Made by a program: the position numbers and the translations under genes. A stretch of 64,000 nt of DNA from Eledone cirrhosa (lineage: Eukaryota). Positions 13,998 to 28,006 of this stretch are shown piece after piece; within the stretch, counting starts at the first letter, position 1; every line of letters begins with the position of its first letter. Under the pieces are notes generated by a model. That model was given only the letters and a program-made list of their open reading frames with translations, was not told the origin of the DNA and made no database searches. The stretch covers positions 10,850,001-10,914,000 of the forward strand of contig OZ024748.1 in the NCBI GenBank assembly GCA_964016885.1, given 5' to 3'.

Positions 13998-14874
13998 CAT
14001 CATTTAACGTCCATTTTCCACGCTAGCATGGGTTAGATGGGAGTTGTCCCACTTGAGGCAAGGCTGGTCAGTTGACCGTGTCTCGCTCATATAGGACTAT
14101 CTGGCAGGTTTTCTACGGCTGGATGCCCTTCCTAACACCAACCACATTTACAGTGTGGAACTGGGAACTTTTTACCGTGTTACCTACACGGCCACATTAC
14201 AGCGTGGACTGTGTGTTTTTTGTTGTGACACCTACACGATCTCGATCTCATTATCTCGTGCTGTTGGTGGGAGTGGGAGGATAGGATTGGGGTGTATATT
14301 TGGTTAAGAGGTGCCTACTGACTGTAGGTTTCGCTTTGTGCATAGGCAAGGCGGGTCTTCTGTATTACTGCTTAGCGCCAAAGATCTCGGTCCAGAGACA
14401 TTGTCTTAGAGAGATTTAAGTGTGTGAGGTCCGAATTTATCAGATCATCCCAGGTTTTTCTGGGTCTACCTACTCCGTAACTACTATCAATTTTGATCGC
14501 CCTGCACTTATATATATATATATATCATCACCGTTTTACGTCCGTTCTTCCACACTAGCGTGGGTTAGACGGGTTGTCCTGTTGTGGGCAGTGTCTGGTC
14601 GGCTGACCATGCCTTGCTCATACAGGAACTGATTTGGCTTGATTTCTACAGCTGGATGCCCTTCCTAACACCAACCATATATATATATATAAATAAATGG
14701 TACCATGTAACCCAATCAAACCTGCTTCATGGTATGACATGCAGGGATATGATGTACCTGTTCTAAAACTAGATACACACAGCATACAAAAAGAATTATA
14801 GAGTAAACATTTCTGCAAACATGGAAAGGATTTGTTAAAAGTGCAAAAAAAACGATAAAGAGAACAATACTGAC

Positions 14875-14946
14875 ATGAGAGCTTTCATGTTGAAGTAGGG
14901 GTGTTGGTTCAAAGATATAAACCTTGTTCTGATAGGAGGCTGCAAT
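14875..14946 (-). CDS. DMXL: DmX-like protein, coding exon 3
   Basis: TTCCAG | [24 protein letters not shown] | GTCAGT; 72 bp, phase 0/0; matches the DMXL IAASYxNxVxIFEP motif. Confidence 0.93.
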
Positions 14947-15061
14947 CTGGAAGTATAAAACAATAGTAAATAACAAATAAATGAATATCATATACTGCAT
15001 GCATATATATATATATACATACATATACATATATATATATACATACATATACATATATACA

Positions 15062-15092
<31 letters not shown>

Positions 15093-15380
15093 ATATACAT
15101 ACATATATATATATACATACATATATATATATACATACATACATACATACATACATATACATACATACATATATATACATACATACATATATATACATAC
15201 ATACATATATATATATACATACATATATATATATATACATACATATATATATATACATACATATATATATATATATATACATATATATACATACATATAT
15301 ATATATATACATACATATATATATATACATACATATATATATACATACATACATATATATACATACATACATATATATAC

Positions 15381-15414
<34 letters not shown>

Positions 15415-15416
15415 AC

Positions 15417-15463
<47 letters not shown>

Positions 15464-15505
15464 CATACATATATATATATACATACATATATATATATAT
15501 ATACA

Positions 15506-16114
15506 TGGTGGCTGCCAACTCGTTTTCGAGTACGGCCACTACTTTATATCCATGTAGGAGAACCCCTACCGATGCGCTGAACGAGTGTGACTTTTTAGTC
15601 CAGCCAGCGACTTGAAAACTCTGGTACAGACACTACACTTGTGACAATTATTGACACATAGTGCTGGGCCCATGGTACCATGTGACGACAAGTGCAGAGA
15701 GATCTCCAGATATAAAGCAATGCCTGTGCCGTGAAGCTTTTATAGTGAGCAAAGGCACTGCACAAAGCCAGTCCCACTCTCTTAACCAAGATGATATTTA
15801 CCAAAAAGAAGAACAAGTCAACATCATTGGATATCATCAGGGTTGCAGGTGTTATATCAGAGTTTTCCTTCTCCTAGAATTCTGCCTTGACAAAGGCTAA
15901 GGGGTCATCTCTCCCGGTGATTTTGGATGGCCATTGACTCTTACGAGCTCCTTTGCCCTTTGACAGGTTTTGTTTTTAGTCCTGCAGGATGTCCAAAGTC
16001 ACCCTCCTCACCAAGAAACCTTGGTGGGGTTGCCAGTTTAGTCGCCAACGACCCGACCATGAGACAGGTTGTACTGGGATACATGTTACCAGTAGCACCA
16101 ACTGGTGACCTGAC
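15506..16114 (-). mobile_element. About 610-bp non-coding retro-like element, copy 1
   Basis: Near-identical to 17856-18465. Contains CTAGGAGAAGGAAAACTCTG, which resembles an RTE 5'-UTR motif, and a 3' ACTCG-AAAA-CGAGT hairpin abutting (TATG)n. Confidence 0.6.
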
Positions 16115-16438
16115 ATAAATACATATATATATATATACATACATATATACACACATATATATATACATACACACACACATATACATATATATACATACAT
16201 ATATACATATATATATATACATACACATATACATATATACACACACACATATACATACATATATACACACATATACACATACACATATATATATATATAT
16301 ACATACATATATATATATATATACATACATACATACATATACACACACACATATATACATGTGTATGTATATATATATATACATACATATATATATACAT
16401 ACATATATATATATACATACATATATATATATATATAC

Positions 16439-16471
<33 letters not shown>

Positions 16472-16910
16472 CATATATATATATACATACATATATATAT
16501 ATACATACATACATACATATATATATATACATACATATATATATATATATACATACATACATACATACATATATACATACATATATACATACATACATAC
16601 ATATATACATACATACATACATATATACATACATACATATATATATACATACATACATACATATATACATACATACATACATACATATATATATACATAC
16701 ATACATACATATATATACACATATATATATACATACATACATACATATATATACACATATATATATATATACACACATATATATATATACACACATATAT
16801 ATATATATATATATACACACAAATATATATATATATATACACACAAATATATATATATATATACACACAAATATATATATATATATACACACAAATATAT
16901 ATATATATAT

Positions 16911-16951
<41 letters not shown>

Positions 16952-16970
16952 TATATATATATATACACAC

Positions 16971-17001
<31 letters not shown>

Positions 17002-17022
17002 TATATATATATATATACACAC

Positions 17023-17095
<73 letters not shown>

Positions 17096-17158
17096 TATAT
17101 ATATATATACACACATATATATATATATATATACACACATATATATATATATACACAC

Positions 17159-17189
<31 letters not shown>

Positions 17190-17320
17190 TATATATATAT
17201 ATACACACATATATATATATATATACACACATATATATATATATATACACACACATATATATATATATATATACACACATATATATATATATATACACAC
17301 ACATATATATATATATATAT

Positions 17321-17419
<99 letters not shown>

Positions 17420-17503
17420 CATATATATATATACATATATATACATATATATTTATTTATATATACATACATATATATATATTTATATATACATACATAC
17501 ATA

Positions 17504-17535
<32 letters not shown>

Positions 17536-17855
17536 CATACATATATACATACATACATACATACATATATACATACATACATACATATATACATACATAC
17601 ATATATACATATATACATACATACATACATATATACATACATACATACATATATATATACATATATATATACATACATATACACATGCATACATACATAT
17701 ATATATACATACATATATATATACATACATACATATATATATACATACATACATATATATACATACATACATATACATACATACATACATATATATATAC
17801 ATACATACATATATATATATACACATACATATATATATACACATACATACTGATA

Positions 17856-18465
17856 TGGTGGCTGCCAACTCGTTTTCGAGTACGGCCACTACTTTATATC
17901 CATGTAGGAGAACCCCTACCGATGCGCTAAACGAGTGTGACTTTTTAGTCCAGCCAGCGACTTGAAAACTCTGGTACAAACACTACACTTGTGACAATTA
18001 TTGACACATAGTGCTGGGCCCATGGTACCATGTGACGACAAGTGCAGAGAGATCTCCAGATATAAAGCAATGCCTGTGCCGTGAAGGTTTTATAGTTAGC
18101 AAAGGCACTGCACAAAGCCAGTCCCACTCTCTTGACCAAGATGATATTTACCAAAAAGAAGAACAAGTCAACATCATTGGATACCATCAGGGTTGCAGGT
18201 GTTATATCAGAGTTTTCCTTCTCCTAGCATTCTGCCTTGACAAAGGCTAAGGGGTCATCTCTCCTGGTGATTTTGGATGGCCATTGACTCTTAAGAGCTC
18301 CTTTGCCCTTTGACAGGTTTTGTTTTTAGTCCTGCAGGATGTCCAAAGTAACCCACCTCACCAAGAAACCTTGGTGGGGTTGCCAGTTTAGTCGCCAACG
18401 ACCCGACCATGAGACAGGTTGTACTGGGATACATGTTACCAGTGGGCACCAACTGTTGACCTGAC
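17856..18465 (-). mobile_element. About 610-bp non-coding retro-like element, copy 2
   Basis: Direct repeat of 15506-16114 with scattered substitutions. Confidence 0.6.
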
Positions 18466-18634
18466 ATACATACATATACATACATACATATATATACATA
18501 CATACATACATACACATACATACAGATACATACATACATATACATACATACATATATATATACATACATACATATACATACATACATATATACATACATA
18601 TACACATATACATACATATATACACATATATACA

Positions 18635-18686
<52 letters not shown>

Positions 18687-18717
18687 CATATATATATACA
18701 TACATACATATATATAC

Positions 18718-18765
<48 letters not shown>

Positions 18766-19124
18766 ACATATATACATATACATATATACATATATATACA
18801 TATATACATACATATATATATACATATATATACATATATATATACATATATATACATATATATATACATATATATACATATATATACACATATATATACA
18901 TATATATACATATATACAAACATATATACATACATATATATACATATATATATATATTCATACATATATATATTCATACATATATATATTCATACATATA
19001 TATATTCATACATATATATATACATACATATATACATATATATATACATACATATATACATATATATATACATATATACATATATATATACATACATATA
19101 TACATATATATATATACATACATA

Positions 19125-19188
<64 letters not shown>

Positions 19189-19210
19189 CATATATATATA
19201 TACATACATA

Positions 19211-19248
<38 letters not shown>

Positions 19249-19250
19249 CA

Positions 19251-19346
<96 letters not shown>

Positions 19347-19405
19347 CATATATATATATACATACATATATACATATATATACATACATATATACATATA
19401 TATAC

Positions 19406-19438
<33 letters not shown>

Positions 19439-19449
19439 CATATATATAC

Positions 19450-19510
<61 letters not shown>

Positions 19511-19665
19511 CATATATATATATACATACATATATACATATATATACATACATATATACATATATATACATATATACATATATATATATACATACATATA
19601 TACATATATATATATACATACATATATACATATATATATATAGATACATATATACATATATATAT

Positions 19666-19744
<79 letters not shown>

Positions 19745-19865
19745 CATACATACATATATATATATATACATACATACATACATATATATATACATACATA
19801 TATATATATATACATACATATATATATATATATATATACATACATATATATATATATATATATAC

Positions 19866-19906
<41 letters not shown>

Positions 19907-19967
19907 CATATATATATATATATACATACATATATATATATATATACATACATATATATATACATAC

Positions 19968-20008
<41 letters not shown>

Positions 20009-20023
20009 CATACATATATATAT

Positions 20024-21641
20024 GTCCCGATAGGTTCCCTGCTTGTGTCTTGAAGGCGTGTCAACACCAACTTGCATCTCCTCTTGCCAATCTGTGGCGG
20101 AACTCACTGGATGCTGGATATGTGCCAGAAAACCTTCTATCCCAGTCTGTTGTCCCAGTTTTCAAAAAGGGAAACAAATCCCTTGCCGTAAATTACCGTC
20201 CAATCTCACTCACCTCTCATATCATTAAGGTATTTGAGCGAGTGGTGAGATCGCGAATGACCCACTTCCTTGAGAGTAACAATATGCTGAACTCCAACCA
20301 GCATGGATTCCGTAATGGAAGGGATTGCCTGACGCAGCTACTGCATCACTTTGATGACATTTTGAGAGCCTTGGGAGAGGGTTCCAACACTGATGTTATC
20401 TACCTTGATTTCAGCAAGGCCTTTGACAGGGTTGATCATAACATTCTACTGAGAAAGCTGTCCAATATTGGTGTCACTGGAAAGCTGCTGCAGTGGATCA
20501 AGAGCTTCCTGTCAAACAGAACCCAACATGTTGTAGTTGAGGGAGTCAAATCAAGCCCAGCCAAAGTCAGTAGTGGAGTCCCACAAGGCACTGTGTTGGG
20601 CCCACTTCTCTTCATCATCTATATTAATGACATCACTGACATCATCAAACACAGCAACATTAACATTTTCGCTGATGATTCCAAGCTCCAAAAGGTCATC
20701 AATGGCGTGGATGACCGGATAAGCCTTCAGTCAGACCTACTGGCTGTTACCCAATGGGCAGAAAAGAACAACATGTTACTGAACGAAGACAAATTCGAAC
20801 TGATCCACTTTGGAAAAGAGGATGCTCTGAAACTCCCGTACTCCCTTCCCTCCGGGGAAACTCTCGTGGCATCTAACAACATCAGAGACTTGGGAGTAAC
20901 CGTGGACAGCAACATAAGCTGGACCACGCATATAAGCAGCAAAGTTGACATGGCCCGCAGAATGTGTTCCTGGATCCTCAGAACCTTCCAGTCGAGAGAT
21001 TCCCGCACCATTATCCTTCTCTTCTCTACTTTCGCCCGACCACACCTTGAATAGTGTTGTCCACTGTGGTCTCCCCACACGAAACAAAGTATCATGAAAC
21101 TTGAAGCTCCTCAAAGGGCAATCACGAAAAAGATAGATGGCATGTCAGACCTTGACTACTGGGGTCGATTAGAAAACCTGAAACTTTACTCACTCCAACG
21201 TCGCCGTGAGCGTTATATTATCTGCATGATGTGGAAAATGTTCCATCATCACTGCCCAAATGATGTTGGCATCGCCTTCAAGATACACCCAAGGCTTGGG
21301 CCCCGTGCTATCCGTCCCATTCAAAAATCTAAATCGCAACTCATAACAACAATACGGCACAATTATTTCACCTCAATCGGCCCTGCTCTCTTCAACATCA
21401 CACCAGGACACGTCAAAACAGAAACTGACCACACAAAATTCAAGAAGTCTTTGGACAAATTCCTCCAAGTAATCCCGGACAAACCACCCACACCCGGATA
21501 TGTCTCCGCAAACAGTAATTCTCTTCTCGAATGGGCCATGGTGCCCAAATCCTGAATTGAAAGACTTCGCCAGGTGGTGCTATTAAGTTAGACATGGCCT
21601 GGGCCAATACTGGCCAAAACATTTCAAAGTTATTCAAAGTT
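20024..21641 (+). mobile_element. 5'-truncated CR1-clade LINE (RT domain to 3' end)
   Basis: [35 protein letters not shown] and FADD motifs. One in-frame TAG at 21052, then the frame continues to 21555. 3' end has a TTCAAAGTTA tandem and runs into (TA)n. Confidence 0.95.
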
Positions 21642-21678
21642 ATATATATACATACATTTATATATATATACATACATT

Positions 21679-21728
<50 letters not shown>

Positions 21729-22179
21729 CGTACATATATATATATACGTACATATATATATATACGTACATATATATATATACGTACATATATATATACA
21801 TACATATATATATACATACATATATATATACATACATATATATATATACATATATATATACATACATATATATATACATACATATATATATATACATATA
21901 TATATACATACATATATATATATATACATATATATATACATACATATATATATATATATACATATATATATACATACATATATATATATACATACATATA
22001 TATATATACATACATATATATATATACATACATATATATATATACATACATATATATATATACATACATATATATGTATATATATATGTATATATATGTA
22101 TATATATATGTATATATATGTATATATATATGTATATACATACATTTATATATATATACATACATTTATATATATATAC

Positions 22180-22214
<35 letters not shown>

Positions 22215-22725
22215 CGTACATATATATATATACGTACATATATATATATACGTACATATATATATACGTACATATATATATACATACATATATACATATA
22301 TATATATATACATACATATATATATATACATACATATATATATACATACATATATACATATATATATATATACATACATATATACATATATATATATACA
22401 TACATATATACATATATATATATATACATACATATATACATATATACATATATACATACATATATACATATACATACATACATATACATACATACATACA
22501 TATATACATATATACATACATATATACATATACATACATACATATACATACATACATACATATATATATATACATACATACATATATATATATACATATA
22601 TATATACATACATACATATATATATACATACATACATATATATATACATACATACATATATATATACATACATATATATATACATACATACATATATATA
22701 TATATACATATATATATATACATAC

Positions 22726-22772
<47 letters not shown>

Positions 22773-22777
22773 CATAC

Positions 22778-22808
<31 letters not shown>

Positions 22809-22891
22809 CATACATATATATATATATACATACATATATATATATATACATACATATATATATATATATACATACATATATATATATATAT

Positions 22892-22924
<33 letters not shown>

Positions 22925-23039
22925 CATACATACATATATATATATATACATACATATATATATATATATACATACATACATATATATATATATACATACA
23001 TATATATATATATACATACATATATATATATATACATAC

Positions 23040-23070
<31 letters not shown>

Positions 23071-23091
23071 CATACATATATATATACATAC

Positions 23092-23122
<31 letters not shown>

Positions 23123-23127
23123 CATAC

Positions 23128-23158
<31 letters not shown>

Positions 23159-23256
23159 CATACATATATATATATATACATACATATATATATATATACA
23201 TACATATATATATATATATACATACATATATATATATATATATACATACATATATA

Positions 23257-23296
<40 letters not shown>

Positions 23297-23327
23297 CATA
23301 TATATACATACATATATATATATATAT

Positions 23328-23358
<31 letters not shown>

Positions 23359-23535
23359 CATACATATACATATATATATACATACATATACATACATATA
23401 TATATATACATACATATATATATATACATACATATATATATATACATACATATATATATATACATACATATATATATATACATACATATATATATATACA
23501 TACATATATATATATACATACATATATATATATAC

Positions 23536-23569
<34 letters not shown>

Positions 23570-23589
23570 ACATACATATATATATATAT

Positions 23590-23620
<31 letters not shown>

Positions 23621-23639
23621 CATACATATATATATATAT

Positions 23640-23672
<33 letters not shown>

Positions 23673-23691
23673 CATACATATATATATATAT

Positions 23692-23724
<33 letters not shown>

Positions 23725-23741
23725 CATACATATATATATAT

Positions 23742-23912
<171 letters not shown>

Positions 23913-23941
23913 CATACATACATACATACATATATATATAT

Positions 23942-23974
<33 letters not shown>

Positions 23975-23979
23975 CATAC

Positions 23980-24038
<59 letters not shown>

Positions 24039-24133
24039 CATACATATATATATATACATACATATATATATATATATACATACATATATATATATACATA
24101 CATATATATATATATATACATACATATATATAT

Positions 24134-24316
<183 letters not shown>

Positions 24317-24357
24317 CATATATATATATATATACACATACATATATATATATATAT

Positions 24358-24388
<31 letters not shown>

Positions 24389-24506
24389 CATACATACATA
24401 TATATATACATACATATATATATATATATATACATACATATATATATATATACATACATACATATATATATATATACATACATATATATATATATATACA
24501 TACATA

Positions 24507-24616
<110 letters not shown>

Positions 24617-24655
24617 CATATACATATATATACATATACATATATATACATATAC

Positions 24656-24770
<115 letters not shown>

Positions 24771-24871
24771 CATTTACATATATATACATACATTTATATA
24801 TATATACATACATTTATATATATATACATATATGAAATATAAGAATCAAAGAACTGTTCAAAACATTATTG

Positions 24872-24918
24872 TGCTTACAGCTGTTTCCTCCAAACCGAGG
24901 TTTGGATTCTTCGGAGCA
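24872..24918 (-). ncRNA. Type-I hammerhead motif (one core substitution)
   Basis: tgct-CCGAAGA-a-tccaaac-ctcg-gtttgga-g-GAAAC-agct-GTA-agca. Confidence 0.7.
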
Positions 24919-25668
24919 ATTTATTAATGCATGGACAGTTATATGACCTCCTTTTCAGCCGAGAGACATACCAATACATATTCAAACATTGATACATATT
25001 CAAACATTGTGGGTCAACATTCATTACAGAATTTAGAGTGGCAGTACACACTTCGAGATTACATTTATATTAATATTAATAGGTACAATCAAAAATCAAA
25101 GATATAGGTTAAAGTACAACATGAAGATAAGTGGTTATATAGTGCAAATGTTATATGTGTGGTACGCATGTGCGTCTTGTTTATATAGTGTGGCAGAGAG
25201 ATATGTGTGGTAGAGGCACTTAGGTAGGTAAATAAGAGTGTTAGGTTGGTAGATCTGGTGGCAAAATCTTTATATGATTGATATAGTCTGTGTGTGGAGA
25301 AATATTATAAGCATTAAAGATAGTGCAAGCATTAAAAGTGTTATAAGTATTGGAGATGCACAGCGCAGGGATGTCAAGTAATTCATGTACTTCGGCATTT
25401 TCATGGTCAAGGGAGTGTATATTTCGATTATATGCCTTTCACATAATCCACGACAATCCAGTTAAAGAACACCAGACTACGATCTCTATATCAGTTATAA
25501 ACTTTTAAGTTTGTCGGAATCCTAACAAATTAAATATAACTTCTACATATATATATATATATTATTAGGGTAAACACTGATGCAATTCAATTCAAGCACT
25601 CAACGTACTTTTTCCACATGTCGATTCAATTTGGATTGCCTCGGAAACATAACCTTATTATGTAACAA

Positions 25669-25742
25669 GCTGTCTGATGATGTCACGACACTCGCACACA
25701 GAACAGTGTGGCCAGTGTCGCCATTGAAATATATATCACAGC
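25669..25742 (+). ncRNA. Type-I hammerhead motif with extended stem II
   Basis: gctgt-CTGATGA-[cgacact..cacac..gtgtg..agtgtcg]-GAAAT-atat-ATC-acagc. Confidence 0.8.
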
Positions 25743-25789
25743 ATTATTATTAAAGGACTTGAACATCTGAAACTACTTCGCTTTTCCTT

Positions 25790-25829
<40 letters not shown>

Positions 25830-25987
25830 ATGATATCCCTGAAATATATATAATGAAATAAATATGGTTTTATAAATGTAGTTTCCATTTGTTTTATATC
25901 GTAAAATACTCCAAAACCTGTTGAGTGCTTTTATATCAGTTATAAAATATTTACTCGTTGTAACCCAACAATTTTAAATAAAACTTT

Positions 25988-26024
<37 letters not shown>

Positions 26025-26452
26025 CTCATTCTATCTTCTGATGAAGGACTAGCATTAAAATGAAAAAAGACCAAGGTTAACCACTAAAATCCATTCTTGG
26101 ATTCAAGAGGTCAACCTTGATCTTTTTTCATTTTAAATATTAAAGCTCTGCTACCCGAACTATCCTCCACAAGAACTTTCATTTTCAATGATTTTTTTTT
26201 GTCTTTTTTAAACTCCTTTCGAGCTGAGGATTCTACTGCTTTAATCATCTATATACATATATATATATATTCATATATATACATATATATATATATATAT
26301 ATTAAAGAAGAAATTAAAAGATGGTTAAAAAAGTTCCATATATATTTTTAACCATCTTTTAATTTCTTCTTTAATATATACTCCAGTTCTACCAACTGTT
26401 GAGTGCTACTTATCTGATATATGCATAGTTTTATTGTTCTACAATAGTACTC

Positions 26453-26454
<2 letters not shown>

Positions 26455-26488
<34 letters not shown>

Positions 26489-26609
26489 TGTGTGTTTGTG
26501 TGTGTTTGTGTGTGTTTGTGTGTGTTTGTGTGTGTTTGTGTGTGTTTGTGTGTGTTTGTGTGTGTTTGTGTGTTTGTGTGTGTTTGTGTGTGTTTGTGTG
26601 TGTGTTTGT

Positions 26610-26659
<50 letters not shown>

Positions 26660-26679
26660 TTGTGTGTTTGTGTGTGTTT

Positions 26680-26727
<48 letters not shown>

Positions 26728-26953
26728 CTGTGTGTTTGTGTGTGTGTGTGTGTGTGTGTTTGTGTGTGTTTGTGTGTTTGTGTGTGTTTGTGTGTTTGTG
26801 TGTGTTTGTGTGTTTGTGTGTGTTTGTGTGTTTGTGTGTGTTTGTGTGTTTGTGTGTGTTTGTGTGTTTGTGTGTGTTTGTGTGTTTGTGTGTTTGTGTG
26901 TGTTTGTGTGTTTGTGTGTGTTTGTGTGTTTGTGTGTGTTTGTGTGTGTTTGT

Positions 26954-26987
<34 letters not shown>

Positions 26988-27025
26988 TTGTGTGTGTTTG
27001 TGTGTGTTTGTGTGTGTGTGTGTGT
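26455..27025. repeat. (GT)n/(GTTT) compound microsatellite abutting the DMXL exon 2 donor
   Basis: Directly visible. Confidence 0.95.
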
Positions 27026-27031
27026 ACTCAC

Positions 27032-27157
27032 CTTGCCAGTATCTGTAGAACAGTCAACACAACTAACTTTGATGTTGCCATGGGTGACACCAGGAATCAC
27101 CTGGACTCTCTGGAAATCACTGGCAAGAATTGCTATGTCGCAGCCAGCAGCATAGGC
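27032..27157 (-). CDS. DMXL: DmX-like protein, coding exon 2
   Basis: Pyrimidine tract + CAG | AYAAGCDIAILASDFQRVQVIPGVTHGNIKVSCVDCSTDTGK | GTGAGT; 126 bp, phase 0/0. Confidence 0.95.
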
Positions 27158-27538
27158 CTGGATAGACGGGAGACAGAGAGAGAAAACCATTAGAAGACAT
27201 ATCACTTACAACCACATTAATCATCATCATCATCATCATTATTATTATTATCAAATCTTCAAATCCCGCCGATGTTCACTTTGCCTCTCATCCTTGTGGG
27301 GTCAATAAAAAAAAAAGTACCAGTAACGCTCTGGGGTCGATTTACTCAAGTTTCCCTTCCCTTGTGCCCAATGGGCAGATTAAGTAATATTCAATTTATT
27401 CACTAAAGGCATGTGTGTGTGTATGCATGTGAAAGCAGATACACGCAGACACACACACACATATATATATATTAAATATATATACTCTGCTATGTACCTT
27501 ACTGTGGTTACCCCTGATTGAACCTGGGATACACATAA

Positions 27539-27592
<54 letters not shown>

Positions 27593-27636
27593 AAGTTAAA
27601 TAAAAGTCAAATGATTAAAATTTAGCTTCGTTTATT

Positions 27637-27691
27637 ACTGCTATATATATTTCAGTGACAGCCATCTTTGGCTGTGACCTCTTCAGGCAGT
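27637..27691 (-). ncRNA. Type-I hammerhead motif
   Basis: actgc-CTGAAGA-ggtc-acagcca-aaga-tggctgt-cact-GAAAT-atat-ATA-gcagt, followed by AATAAA. Confidence 0.85.
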
Positions 27692-27953
27692 TTGAATTAG
27701 TATGGTATAGACAAGTACATATGTTGTTTAGGTGTATCATATTGTCAATACTCTGATATGCCCAGTTCCTTGTTGGGTTGTTAATTCACTGAGGAACTGG
27801 AGTCATAAATTTTAATCATTTGACTTTTATTTAACTTTATTTTACACTACTCCGGAGTAACCAAACCAACCTGCGCACTTCGTCGAGTGCTCCAGCCTGC
27901 ATACTGAGGTGTTGGTATACAACCAACATAAACTCAAAATCTATATATATATA

Positions 27954-28006
<53 letters not shown>

